Virus record (IMG/VR): IMGVR_UViG_3300008259_000014
Span: 38,311-102,310 of that record
Source of the DNA: a virus
Reading direction: 5' to 3' (one strand)
DNA: 64,000 nt
The notes below the pieces were generated by a model. That model did not search any database, was not told the DNA's origin, and saw only the letters and a program-made list of their open reading frames with translations. This document shows positions 38,938 to 48,437 of the stretch, piece by piece; positions within the stretch are counted from its first letter, which is position 1, and each line of letters starts with the position of its first letter. A program made the position numbers and the translations under genes.

Positions 38938-39870
38938 TCATTCAGATTGCCAAGGACCATCCCAAGAATAGATAGGCTCTGCAATTTTTTCGTGTCTTTC
39001 TTCAATTAGATCTCTTACTGCTTTTGCCCTAGGATTGACTGAATCAGGTTTATCCTGTGCAAAAGATAGGTTTGAATCATTTGGATAAAAGAATGCGTCA
39101 AACCCCATTCCATCGCCTCCCTTTTCCTTAATCATGCCTTCAGTCATTCCATGATAAATAAAAACTTTACCATTCAGCAGAATACCAATATAAACATGAA
39201 ACTGCGCTTTCTTTCCAATATATGGAGTTAGATTATTCTTAAGCCACTTAACATTAGCTCCAACATCTTCTCCGTCAATATCCAGAGAGGTATCCTCTAC
39301 TAGGACAGATTCGCCACAGAAGGTGGCCTTATACCTGATGATAGTTTCCTTGTCTGCGTCAGGCTCTACCACATCAATTTTGGTTCGCTCAAGTCCAGTA
39401 AGTCCAAACTTTACAAACTCGGCAAGCTTTTCATCATTAGAGGTATTAATCTTCATATTATCCTTGTTCTGTTGAGTTGCAATGGTTGCAGCATTTTGCA
39501 TGAAAGTAGAAAAAGAGACAAAATTATTTTGAACAGTAATGATATGATTAAAATGATTTAGGACATAATCTTTAACCCAATCGCGTGTTACATAATTTGT
39601 AACTTGAGCATATCGTACAACGCCCCTTGATGATGGCTGTGCGCAAAGACTAGTTCCAGAAATAATATTATTAATCATGTAATCAATACATTCATCATGA
39701 GTCGATCCCTTAACAGGAATTCCATAGCAGGCCCAAGAATAATACCAAATCCAAGATTGTGGATTTGTATTTGAATATTTACTTTTAGCACTTTTTATAT
39801 CTGCGATAATCTGATTAGCCTGAGCTGGATGGTCCGTAATGGCATTGTGATATGAAATATCTCTTCTCAT
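38938..39870 (-). CDS. Ham1/RdgB-family non-canonical purine NTP pyrophosphatase with extra N-terminal domain
   Basis: TSNDEKLAEF, VEDTSL, GMGFDAFF, NPR in place of SHR. Confidence 0.78.
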   Translation of the reverse strand: MRRDISYHNAITDHPAQANQIIADIKSAKSKYSNTNPQSWIWYYSWACYGIPVKGSTHDECIDYMINNIISGTSLCAQPSSRGVVRYAQVTNYVTRDWVKDYVLNHFNHIITVQNNFVSFSTFMQNAATIATQQNKDNMKINTSNDEKLAEFVKFGLTGLERTKIDVVEPDADKETIIRYKATFCGESVLVEDTSLDIDGEDVGANVKWLKNNLTPYIGKKAQFHVYIGILLNGKVFIYHGMTEGMIKEKGGDGMGFDAFFYPNDSNLSFAQDKPDSVNPRAKAVRDLIEERHEKIAEPIYSWDGPWQSE

Positions 39871-40013
39871 TATATCTCACTAATTAAATTTTGAGGCTGC
39901 TGTATTGGTTCAATGCCAAAATAATTGCAGAGAAAAATAAATGCAAAAAGTGTAATTGCTGCAACTATTGTATAAAATATATACAGATTTCTATTTTTTT
40001 GATTGTAGATCAA
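39870..40013 (-). CDS. Small membrane protein (not in ORF track)
   Basis: TTG start, 47 aa with one hydrophobic helix; TAATG coupling to the next gene. Confidence 0.4.
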   Translation of the reverse strand: MIYNQKNRNLYIFYTIVAAITLFAFIFLCNYFGIEPIQQPQNLISEI

Positions 40014-40026
40014 AATACTTCCAAAC

Positions 40027-40057
40027 AAAAAAGGAGATACCAAAGTATCTCCTTTTT
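40027..40057 (-). terminator. Intrinsic terminator
   Basis: AAAAAGGAGATAC/GTATCTCCTTTTT. Confidence 0.8.
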
Positions 40058-40062
40058 ATTTA

Positions 40063-40461
40063 TCACTGAGCGATGGTAGGTAGTGGATAGGGAACTGAAG
40101 TAGTTGGCTGACACATCTTATCAGACATTGCATCCTCAGTTGTCTGGAAGTGCTTTGAGTCAATGCAGCCTTTGCCAGCAGACCAAGTGGAGCACTTAAT
40201 TGTTACCTTGGTCTTGGAGTCTAGATCTACAAGTTCCATGGTAGCCCATCCGTCACCCTGTGGACACTCAGGAGTTTGGCTTGAGTCACCACGAGCCATG
40301 ATGTCATATGTGCTAAACATGGTATTGGAGGCTCGCCATAGCTTTGCATTATACAAAGCATTGTCACGGGCAGTTTTAAGAGCCATATCTAGCTCTTGTG
40401 GACCTACAACTGGAGTGCTGCCACAGGCAACTAGAGCAACTAGAAGAGATAGAGTGCGCAT
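40063..40461 (-). CDS. Putative lipoprotein
   Basis: MRTLSLLVALVA-C lipobox; four further Cys. Confidence 0.65.
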   Translation of the reverse strand: MRTLSLLVALVACGSTPVVGPQELDMALKTARDNALYNAKLWRASNTMFSTYDIMARGDSSQTPECPQGDGWATMELVDLDSKTKVTIKCSTWSAGKGCIDSKHFQTTEDAMSDKMCQPTTSVPYPLPTIAQ

Positions 40462-40489
40462 TTATTTATTCCTTATTTTTTATTTCTTA

Positions 40490-40900
40490 TCAGCTCTGGG
40501 AGTCGGTGAGGCTGACATAAATACCAGTCTCATCGCAAAGAGAAAGCTCGATATCATTGTCAGCGATTGCGCGAGTTCCTTCTGGCTGATTGCGACCATA
40601 GAATGAGCGAATCTGAGTCTGAGCATTGTTAACTAGAGTGCGAACAGCCTCAGTAACAACAACTCCAAACTTCTGATCTTCTGGGGACCAGCTTACAGTC
40701 TCAGTAAGAGGTCGTCGGTTAAGCCGACCGGAAGCAATCTCTCGACCAAGAGAGCGGTCAAAGCGATCATTATTGTGGCAGAAGCTAACACCATACTTGA
40801 TAGTAATCTCGCCATTAGACGACTCAGTTGCGCGGTAAGCTACAACGGCGGGATTACGGCGACGTGGTACTTGGACAAAGACAAAGCGAGTATCGTTCAT
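40490..40900 (-). CDS. Hypothetical phage protein
   Basis: GAGGA RBS before MNDTRF; DRFD...G..IA.GR; an in-frame upstream start at 41023 is possible. Confidence 0.6.
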   Translation of the reverse strand: MNDTRFVFVQVPRRRNPAVVAYRATESSNGEITIKYGVSFCHNNDRFDRSLGREIASGRLNRRPLTETVSWSPEDQKFGVVVTEAVRTLVNNAQTQIRSFYGRNQPEGTRAIADNDIELSLCDETGIYVSLTDSQS

Positions 40901-41056
40901 TTTAACATTCCTCTTAGTTACTACGTTTTGGGCAGATTCCAACACAATTGCTGGAATCTTATTAGTTGAAAACAAGCTAAGAATACAGTAATAAATGTAT
41001 TCAAGCTGAAACATTAGCATCATTTATTTTCCTGTTCCGGTTTCTACCGGCACCCT

Positions 41057-41084
41057 ATTATACGGGGAAAATTTTTCGGATCAC
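41057..41084 (-). promoter_or_regulatory. GTGATCC-N15-TATAAT promoter (copy 2)
   Basis: Same motif and spacing. Confidence 0.7.
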
Positions 41085-41105
41085 ATTTTTTCTTATGCAG
41101 CTTAG

Positions 41106-41594
41106 CTAGGGAGTTTTGGTTCCAAAGGCGGCCATCATAACCTCCTTATTAATCTTATCTGATTCAATACGGTGAATTCTCTTTCTTAGCTCAGAAGAGG
41201 AGAAGTCATGCCTTCTTGAATTGTAAACAACTTCAATCATTCTTTCTTCACAGATATGCTTTCCTGTAAACTCTTTTCCAATATACTCATCGCCAAGAAA
41301 TCTCTTGTGTATTGGAAGAATTTGAAGCAAATCTTGTAAATCTTTCTCAGAAGAGTAGACGATAATTTCATCAATCCACTTGCAAGACTTTAGCTGAATT
41401 TGTCGCTCAACTATTGATTGCACTGGTGAATTTTTATTATCTCTATCTATAGACGGATCTACTTGAAGTCCAACAATCAAGTAATCGCATTGTAGTTTGC
41501 ACTCTTCTAACATTAATACATGCCCAGCATGTAGAAGGTCAAATGTTGAGCATGTAAACCCAACAACTCCAATATCATTTATTGGTCTTAACAT
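41106..41594 (-). CDS. HIGH-family cytidylyltransferase (TagD-like)
   Basis: STFDLLHAGH, DYLIVGL, ER, FSSSELR. Confidence 0.85.
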   Translation of the reverse strand: MLRPINDIGVVGFTCSTFDLLHAGHVLMLEECKLQCDYLIVGLQVDPSIDRDNKNSPVQSIVERQIQLKSCKWIDEIIVYSSEKDLQDLLQILPIHKRFLGDEYIGKEFTGKHICEERMIEVVYNSRRHDFSSSELRKRIHRIESDKINKEVMMAAFGTKTP

Positions 41595-41820
41595 ATTTTT
41601 CTCCCGATGATTCTTTTTTCTTATCAGCATCATCCCATGTATGTTTACAATAAGGGCATTTGCTAATATTTATTGTATCATTATTATACTGATCATAATA
41701 ATTGATTATAGTTTTTCCAGAATAAAGCCCATCATAAATAGATGGGGAGTAAGCAAATGGGCGTGGCTTTGGTGACACGTTTCCACCACACTTTGGACAA
41801 TATTCTTTTTCAGACTTCAT
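41575..41820 (-). CDS. Zn-ribbon protein
   Basis: CPKC...CPYC. Confidence 0.55.
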   Translation of the reverse strand: MKSEKEYCPKCGGNVSPKPRPFAYSPSIYDGLYSGKTIINYYDQYNNDTINISKCPYCKHTWDDADKKKESSGEKYVKTNK

Positions 41821-41858
41821 CAAGACCCCTCTTATAAGTATAATTAATTGGAGAATAT

Positions 41859-42692
41859 ATGGCAACAAATTATTATTCAGATGACCTTACAATTCAGGCT
41901 GGCAAGGAAACAAACAAGAAAACTATAAAAATAAAATCAAAATTTGCAGTAACTAGTTATGACGGAGCATCTGAATATATTAAAGTTGATGAATTAGGAA
42001 ATGTAGAAATATCTGGAACTACAACAACTATATTATCTGAGGATGGAAAAGTTTCCCATTCTGATCATTTAGAGGTTGCAGTTCCAGCGCCATTGCTTGA
42101 GCCTCCCTCTGGAGAAAGCATTCTTACTGCAAAGTATGCAGGAACCACTGTTTTATCTATAAGAGGAAAGACAGAAGGTGTTGGAGGAAGATATGCTGAA
42201 ACAAAGCTAGCAGTAAAGGGATCCAAAATTTATCATGCTGTAACATACAGGCCAAATCTTGAATCCTTAGGTGTTGACTTTGGAGTAGACCCTGTAACTG
42301 GTGTTGACTGCATTAAGGTTCTTGGGGCTGCACTTACTGGTTATGTTTATTTGCCAATAGAAGCTCCAAGTGGCTGCATACCAACAAGTTTATATTTTTC
42401 ATGCGCAACATCTCCAACTAGAACTGTTGATATATCTGGAGAAATAGTAAAAGTTGTAGAAAATAAAACAACTGGGCAGATAACCACTTCTCTTGCAGTA
42501 CCAATTACAGAGACTGCTGCTGGACCAGGAAATATCTTTATTGAAAAGGACTTCTCTCAACTTCCAGACTATGAAGCCTACAGGAATTATGATGAAAATA
42601 ATATTGAAATATCATTCTACCTAAAGCTAAATTTTCATCCTTCACACCCAAACTCATTCTTTATTAGATACTGGAAAGTTTCTTGGGTTTAG
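41859..42692 (+). CDS. Hypothetical beta-rich protein, possibly structural
   Basis: GGAG RBS; 277 aa. Confidence 0.6.
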   Translation: MATNYYSDDLTIQAGKETNKKTIKIKSKFAVTSYDGASEYIKVDELGNVEISGTTTTILSEDGKVSHSDHLEVAVPAPLLEPPSGESILTAKYAGTTVLSIRGKTEGVGGRYAETKLAVKGSKIYHAVTYRPNLESLGVDFGVDPVTGVDCIKVLGAALTGYVYLPIEAPSGCIPTSLYFSCATSPTRTVDISGEIVKVVENKTTGQITTSLAVPITETAAGPGNIFIEKDFSQLPDYEAYRNYDENNIEISFYLKLNFHPSHPNSFFIRYWKVSWV

Positions 42693-42903
42693 AAGAATTT
42701 CTCTCAATGATGAACTCGCCTGGCAATACAATTTCGTGTCTACCAGGCATTATTGCAACCATCATAAAATTTACATTATCATCAAAATGAGGAAATTTGG
42801 CTTTGGCAGCAGAGAAGGCCTTAACTCTTTCGTGAGGGCCTTCAAAAGTAGCTGCTTCAAATGTACAAGATTTGAGATTTAAAATTAAAATTGTATAAAG
42901 CAT
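42664..42903 (-). CDS. Hypothetical protein
   Basis: ORF. Confidence 0.5.
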   Translation of the reverse strand: MLYTILILNLKSCTFEAATFEGPHERVKAFSAAKAKFPHFDDNVNFMMVAIMPGRHEIVLPGEFIIERNSSKPKKLSSI

Positions 42904-42907
42904 TATA

Positions 42908-43111
42908 TTACCTTTGAGCGCACAAAATTATATATCCATTTGAGGAGTATCCACGAATCTCTTTTTCGCCAGGCCCGCAAGGACTAGTTGCTGGAAGCTG
43001 AAAGAGTAGTGCGCAAAAGATCAAAAGAAATACAATAGCAAAGAATACTACAATTGGATTAGCAGCCTTTTGGCTTGGCACATAAAAGTTATTCATTCCA
43101 AATCTATCCAT
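42908..43111 (-). CDS. Small membrane protein
   Basis: Single hydrophobic helix. Confidence 0.5.
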   Translation of the reverse strand: MDRFGMNNFYVPSQKAANPIVVFFAIVFLLIFCALLFQLPATSPCGPGEKEIRGYSSNGYIILCAQR

Positions 43112-43112
43112 T

Positions 43113-43769
43113 TTAAACCTCTACAATGTTATAATAAGTTGCTGCATTTGAAAAAGTGATATCTCCAAGAACGGTCTTGCGACCTCCTGAATTATGTACA
43201 TGGCCAAATAAATGAGCCTGAACATTGCAAAGCCTCCACTGTATTGCATTGGAAAGCTGTCTTATTCCATAATCAGAGCCATAGTTGCCTGCGGATAGAA
43301 TTCCGCGACCGGGTGCGTGAGTTACTACGACATTTGGATCTTTTGCAATGAGGTTGTCTACAATTTGATCAAATGACTCATTGTAAACTTCTCCAGCCCA
43401 CTCTCCACGAATATAGGGAATTTCTCTAAAGCCTGCAAATCTTACAAAATCAATAGTGACCGATCCATGGCAAAGATTATGAGAAGTGCAGCCGTCTTCC
43501 TTTAGCCTAAAACTTAGATCAATGTAATCGTGGTTTCCAGGCACAACAATTGCGGGGCGACCCGAAAGAAGATTTCTAAGCTTCTCTGGAAGAGATGTTT
43601 GTCGCAACCAATCATCTTGAAAACGATTTTCGATCGCAGAATCTCCGCGAGTCGAGTTTGGAAAAAAATCTCCAGAGTCAACCCAGATATCAAAATCTAC
43701 CGCATCAAGAACTTCTAGAAGCAAAGGGTAGTTTCCATGAAGATCGGACGTATGAAGAATTTTTGTCAT
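43113..43769 (-). CDS. Calcineurin-like metallophosphoesterase
   Basis: SDLH, GD, GNHD, TH, GHVH. Confidence 0.88.
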   Translation of the reverse strand: MTKILHTSDLHGNYPLLLEVLDAVDFDIWVDSGDFFPNSTRGDSAIENRFQDDWLRQTSLPEKLRNLLSGRPAIVVPGNHDYIDLSFRLKEDGCTSHNLCHGSVTIDFVRFAGFREIPYIRGEWAGEVYNESFDQIVDNLIAKDPNVVVTHAPGRGILSAGNYGSDYGIRQLSNAIQWRLCNVQAHLFGHVHNSGGRKTVLGDITFSNAATYYNIVEV

Positions 43770-43789
43770 TTATCTTTCCAAGGAATTTA

Positions 43790-44146
43790 TTAAGCTATCA
43801 CACATACTGGATTGCGCAGCTTTGTTGTCTCAGCTTTTCTGCTAGGGTCTGTCGGAATAAAGCGAACGGGAAAATTATTTTCAATCAGACTTCTTGCATA
43901 GTCTTCGCCAAGAATAATATCTGGAAATTTATCGAGGAATCCCTTCTGAGCGTTGCATGGTCTACAGCATATCGTCAAATTGTGAGGCTTTGAGCTTCCA
44001 CCTTTGGAACGTGGCATAATGTGATCAGCACTTGACTCATCATATGTCAAGGGTTGATCACAATAAGTGCAGTTAATAATTTCTAAGTTAGAAAATACCG
44101 CTTTTCTAAACTCTTTTGTCATTCTTCTTACGCTACCGCAAGCCAT
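43790..44146 (-). CDS. HNH endonuclease
   Basis: CTYC, DHIMPRSKGG, NL..CCRPCN..KG. Confidence 0.85.
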   Translation of the reverse strand: MACGSVRRMTKEFRKAVFSNLEIINCTYCDQPLTYDESSADHIMPRSKGGSSKPHNLTICCRPCNAQKGFLDKFPDIILGEDYARSLIENNFPVRFIPTDPSRKAETTKLRNPVCVIA

Positions 44147-44199
44147 TTTTACCTCAAAATATTTTTATTGAAACAATAAAACTATAGCTATTTATAGAC

Positions 44200-44514
44200 T
44201 TAGATTAGTTTTTTAAAACCCTCTCTGTAAGCGGCCATTGCCTCATCGGGTGTCAAAGTCGGAATTACCTCGACAATAATACCTTTGACGTTGGAAACCC
44301 AAATAGTGTAGTTTTGAAACTCCCACAGGTAGTGGCGAAACTCACCTGTGAATGTTCTGGTTTGTGGACCAAGACGTGATTTAACCCATTCTACAAGATT
44401 TTTTGGAGCAGTTTGATAAGCGGCATTTGCAATATCCATCATCTCTTGCAATTCATCAGATGAATTGCAAAGATTGCTCACAGGAGTTGTTTCCCTAAGA
44501 GTTGCCTTACCCAT
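44200..44514 (-). CDS. Hypothetical protein
   Basis: AGGAG RBS. Confidence 0.6.
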   Translation of the reverse strand: MGKATLRETTPVSNLCNSSDELQEMMDIANAAYQTAPKNLVEWVKSRLGPQTRTFTGEFRHYLWEFQNYTIWVSNVKGIIVEVIPTLTPDEAMAAYREGFKKLI

Positions 44515-44531
44515 ATTAACTACTCCTTTAT

Positions 44532-45338
44532 TTATTTTTGCAAATAAGCTTCTCTTTTTTCAGCAGATAAAGCTTCCAGCCACTTTTCCTTTAGCTTATA
44601 CTCTACTCCATCTAAATACCATTCTTCGATTTTACAGCGCCATTCAATGGCTGGACCGTCATCTCTGTGAAGCTTTCCATATTTATACCAAAATTTTGTT
44701 CCATCGCTGTTCTCACAAGCAGGTCCGTCCAATCTATGCCATTTTCCATCTAGAAGCCATGATTCCTTTCCATTCTCAATGATAGCAGGTCCATTCTCTC
44801 TATGTAGCTTGCCACGGAAATACCATTCATAATCACCATTTCCATATTCTACTGCGGGACCATCTACCCTATGTCGTATACCATCAATATACCACTCTTT
44901 ACTTCCATTTAACCACTCTTTTGTTTCATTTGACCACTTTAGACATTCAGTAGCCGGGCCGTCCACTCTATGAAGCTTTCCTTTTACAAACCAGAGTTTG
45001 TTGCCATTAAAAAATTCTATAGCCGGACCATCTATTCTGTGGCACTTTCCATCCTGAAACCAATATTTCACATCGCTAGAGTCAATGGCAGGGCCTCCAA
45101 CTCTATGAAGTTGTCCATGTATATACCAAGCTGTTGCACCATCTTCATATTCAATGGCAGGGCCATCCTCTCTATGCAACTTTCCTTCTTTGCACCAAAA
45201 GAGGCTTCCTGAAGAATCTTGAGTCATTCCATCTGGATAAGATGGAAAGGCCCCATTATAATAAATCATTCTTGACACTTTCATCCTACCATCTGGATAG
45301 GATGGAAAGGCCCCATTGGTATATGCAGTGTTAGACAT
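44532..45338 (-). CDS. MORN-like repeat protein (LHRxDGPA repeats)
   Basis: About eight W..GK.HR.DGPA repeats. Confidence 0.8.
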   Translation of the reverse strand: MSNTAYTNGAFPSYPDGRMKVSRMIYYNGAFPSYPDGMTQDSSGSLFWCKEGKLHREDGPAIEYEDGATAWYIHGQLHRVGGPAIDSSDVKYWFQDGKCHRIDGPAIEFFNGNKLWFVKGKLHRVDGPATECLKWSNETKEWLNGSKEWYIDGIRHRVDGPAVEYGNGDYEWYFRGKLHRENGPAIIENGKESWLLDGKWHRLDGPACENSDGTKFWYKYGKLHRDDGPAIEWRCKIEEWYLDGVEYKLKEKWLEALSAEKREAYLQK

Positions 45339-45360
45339 TTTCGCCCTATATAAAGGAGAC

Positions 45361-46899
45361 TTAGCGACTATGAATATCAGAAATAGTCTTGGTGATAAGA
45401 CTCTTCATCTCATCAGAGATGACATCAGCCTTGGCTGGCAGAGAGGTCCACTCACGATTGAGTCGGTCACGCATCTGCTGGAAAGTCTCAGGAATCCAGG
45501 TAGTAATGCCTCGATCATAGACAGTCTCAAGCATATTGAATTCAATGCGCTTATCATGCCATCCAACACCGGTCATTGGAAAGACGGTGGGAACTCCACC
45601 AACCTTATTAACCTGCATATTGCCAGGAAGAGAAACCTTACCAGAGTCAGTCTTAGGAGCCTTCATGATAGCACGCTCCTGACCAGAGACAGTAATGCTG
45701 CAAACCTTGATAGCAGCCTTGAGGGTGTCACGAGTCTGAGACTGAAGGAGTCCTCCACCCATACCGAAAGCAACATTCTGAGCCGACCAGCCATGCTGAA
45801 TGACGGCTTCGAGAATCTCCTTGACCTTGGCAAGATCAAGACCGTCTCCCTGGATTACAGCAGCGCCAGTGATAACCCTATAACCCTTGCTATTAGTAAC
45901 ATACCCAAAGGCATTAGCAAGTCCAGCAAGACCGGTAAGAACCGCATCAGTAGGATCGCCACTATCAGGGCGAAGAACAAAGAGAATACCCTTTGCCTTT
46001 GCTTCATCAACAATCTGAGGCACAATATTCCAAACAAAGTTGGTGTAGTCGTAGCTGTCTGCAACTACAGAGAGAATCTGTCCAGTGGGAGTATTTGCAA
46101 TGAGATGACGAACGGCAGTCAGCTCATCGTCATGAGTGGTCATGACAGAGTGCTCAGAGGCAATAACAGACTCGCCAATGCCAACGCCGTTATTCCACTT
46201 GGTAGCAAGCCAGCCAGCAGTCATGGTATCAGTTCCCTCGAAAGAGAGTAGATGACCCATACCAGTGGTCATAGCAGTCTCGGCAGAGGAGACGCCACGG
46301 CTACCAAAGTCATGGAAGCGGGAAGCAAGAAGAAAGTCGCAATCAGAATCAACAGTCTTGTCAAAGGCATCGCGAATAGACTGCCAGACGTGACGAGACT
46401 TAGTTGCAGTGACGCTAGGCGACCAGATGCGCATAAGCGAAGTCTCAAGCCAAGTAGTCAGCTTGGCAAACTTACCAGAGCCAGTAATGGTAAAGACAGG
46501 AACGCCAGGATAAACTACAGTTCCGTCGCGAAGTGCCTTGACAGTAAAAGGAAGATAACCATTGTGATTATCAACAATATCCTGCCAAAGATCCTTGGGC
46601 CAATTGATTCGAGACTTGGCAACACCATGCTGGGAAAGATAGCTCTCAGCCTCATCAATATCGGCCTGAGTAAAGCGACGGCTCAAGATAGTCTCAATGG
46701 CATAGCGAAGACCGAAGACCACAATACGATGATCATCGTTATTGAGAGGGCCGCGGAAAGTAAAGTAAGCAGTCATGCTATCCACATCTTCGCGATACTG
46801 GAAGTGATGAGTAGCCTTGTAGGTGTCAGTGTCAAGGATGGCGGGAACCTCGCTAGAGGTGAGGCGGCGAATAGGAAACTGAGCATTAGTGAACGACAT
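45361..46899 (-). CDS. nadV: Nicotinamide phosphoribosyltransferase (NAMPT)
   Basis: DTDTYK..H, HDFGSRG, F.GTDT, ASEHS, VADSYD, RPDSGDP, IQGDG, FGMGGGLLQ. Confidence 0.92.
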   Translation of the reverse strand: MSFTNAQFPIRRLTSSEVPAILDTDTYKATHHFQYREDVDSMTAYFTFRGPLNNDDHRIVVFGLRYAIETILSRRFTQADIDEAESYLSQHGVAKSRINWPKDLWQDIVDNHNGYLPFTVKALRDGTVVYPGVPVFTITGSGKFAKLTTWLETSLMRIWSPSVTATKSRHVWQSIRDAFDKTVDSDCDFLLASRFHDFGSRGVSSAETAMTTGMGHLLSFEGTDTMTAGWLATKWNNGVGIGESVIASEHSVMTTHDDELTAVRHLIANTPTGQILSVVADSYDYTNFVWNIVPQIVDEAKAKGILFVLRPDSGDPTDAVLTGLAGLANAFGYVTNSKGYRVITGAAVIQGDGLDLAKVKEILEAVIQHGWSAQNVAFGMGGGLLQSQTRDTLKAAIKVCSITVSGQERAIMKAPKTDSGKVSLPGNMQVNKVGGVPTVFPMTGVGWHDKRIEFNMLETVYDRGITTWIPETFQQMRDRLNREWTSLPAKADVISDEMKSLITKTISDIHSR

Positions 46900-46965
46900 G
46901 ATTATCTCCTTTGGAATTACCAGTTTTTACGCGGCTGGCCCTCGGCAATAATACAGTATTGCTCT
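46900..46965 (-). promoter_or_regulatory. Structured 5' leader, copy A (hairpin plus pseudoknot before the NAMPT RBS)
   Basis: 29-bp identity with copy B; compensatory changes in the adjacent stem. Confidence 0.8.
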
Positions 46966-47014
46966 GTTTGTAAAACCCTTAGCGTTCCTTACTGTGCGGC
47001 AACCGCCGCACCAT

Positions 47015-47042
47015 AATATAAACGGAAGGGTTCCTGGATCAC
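47015..47042 (-). promoter_or_regulatory. GTGATCC-N15-TATATT promoter (copy 3), drives NAMPT
   Basis: Same motif and spacing; GTGCGGC/GCCGCAC 5' hairpin. Confidence 0.7.
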
Positions 47043-47090
47043 GATTTTTATTATAGCTCTAACTTGGCGCAGAATTACGCCCTTAGACCG

Positions 47091-47531
47091 TCAAGAATGG
47101 CGAGGAAACTTCCGCTCTTTGATTCCAAGGCTGATGAGATATTCTCTCATTTCTTTTGGAGTCATATCGAACTCAAAGTGACCTTCCATATTATTTATAC
47201 CAAGAAATTTTTCATCTTTTGAAATAAGATGTACTTGTCTAAAAGTATCATCAATGCATTTGTTTTTATAAAAAAAATCTTCTTCACATATCCAGGCATA
47301 ACTAAGATTGGGGTATATTTGAACGCCTGATGATTCATACCACTCTTCGTCTTGCATGTATTCCATAGAAAAGCATATATGGCCATTCTTTAGGTTGGAG
47401 CACTTATTAACTACAAGTCTTGCCCAAGGAAGGGCAATATCATCTCTCCATCCATGACCAGTTTCAGAATCTCTATCTTCTATAAAAATATAATTTTTTG
47501 AAGTAACTACATTATCCATTTGTCCACTCAT
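47091..47531 (-). CDS. Hypothetical protein
   Basis: ORF. Confidence 0.55.
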   Translation of the reverse strand: MSGQMDNVVTSKNYIFIEDRDSETGHGWRDDIALPWARLVVNKCSNLKNGHICFSMEYMQDEEWYESSGVQIYPNLSYAWICEEDFFYKNKCIDDTFRQVHLISKDEKFLGINNMEGHFEFDMTPKEMREYLISLGIKERKFPRHS

Positions 47532-47542
47532 AAATAGTATAA

Positions 47543-47860
47543 CTAGTCTTCTTCAATTGGTATAAGATACTTGGTATCTCCCGAATCACTGATATACATT
47601 GGATATGAGTCGCCTACTTTTTCGTTTACAACCTGATAATAATTGAACAAATCAGACCCCTCTTCGGAGTATGGAGAATACCATCTATCTCCACAGCATG
47701 GGCAGTCTATACCCATTGATACTCCTCCAAAGTATACTCCAAAATATATTTGGGCTGCGGAGTCTGCTTTTTCTATATTTTCTGCCTCTATAAATATTCT
47801 TGTATACTCTCCTTTGAATTCACCAAAAGAGTTATTTTGACTGTAACAGTAGATGGGCAT
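47543..47860 (-). CDS. Conserved phage protein with DCPCCGDRW motif
   Basis: QNNS.G.F...IEA...GVYF...DCPCCGDRW. Confidence 0.65.
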   Translation of the reverse strand: MPIYCYSQNNSFGEFKGEYTRIFIEAENIEKADSAAQIYFGVYFGGVSMGIDCPCCGDRWYSPYSEEGSDLFNYYQVVNEKVGDSYPMYISDSGDTKYLIPIEED

Positions 47861-48108
47861 TATCTCTCCATTATATTAAATTTTATCCATAAGGACCCCC
47901 CCATAGATAGGACTGATACAGATAAGCTATCCGAATCAGACTTGAATTTTAAATCTTTAATCCTACTCATATTAAGAACCCATATCGTAGATTTATCTAC
48001 ATTCTTGATTGCCTCATATCTAAATATGACATGATCATTCTCAATCATGATTATGACAACATCACCATAGAATTCATGTATAGCCCAGCAGCCAGGATAC
48101 AAAGACAT
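47860..48108 (-). CDS. Hypothetical protein
   Basis: Coupled ORF. Confidence 0.5.
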   Translation of the reverse strand: MSLYPGCWAIHEFYGDVVIIMIENDHVIFRYEAIKNVDKSTIWVLNMSRIKDLKFKSDSDSLSVSVLSMGGSLWIKFNIMER

Positions 48109-48110
48109 TA

Positions 48111-48422
48111 TTATGTAGGCTCAATTTCTTTGGGAGTAATCATTACTTCGATAAACTTTTCATTGTAAAAAATCTTGCAAACAAATACATTGCATTCAGT
48201 TTCAGAATTAATAGAGTCATCTTCGGAAGTAAGAGTGCTGTAAGCCAAATCGCTAATGGCATTGATATTGTAAATAGAATTTTCTAGATATTTATCTGCG
48301 GAAATAAGCATACAAGGCTCGTTGTCAAGCCTCCAGCTTTCCTTTTGAGAATACCAGTAAAGTTCAGGCTTAATTACAATAAAACGACCAATGCAGGATT
48401 TAAGTCTTTCTTCGCTATTCAT
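48111..48422 (-). CDS. Hypothetical protein
   Basis: AGGA RBS. Confidence 0.55.
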   Translation of the reverse strand: MNSEERLKSCIGRFIVIKPELYWYSQKESWRLDNEPCMLISADKYLENSIYNINAISDLAYSTLTSEDDSINSETECNVFVCKIFYNEKFIEVMITPKEIEPT

Positions 48423-48437
48423 ATTAATCCTAGATTG

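Noticed and set aside
45361-46899. NARP1-type pathway (Adps + Namat)
   Set aside because: No PRPP-synthetase-like partner seen; co-regulated partner is an NMN adenylyltransferase
45316-47016. Long + strand ORFs (311 and 254 aa) antisense to NAMPT
   Set aside because: Shadow frames of a codon-biased, GC-richer gene; no recognisable motifs
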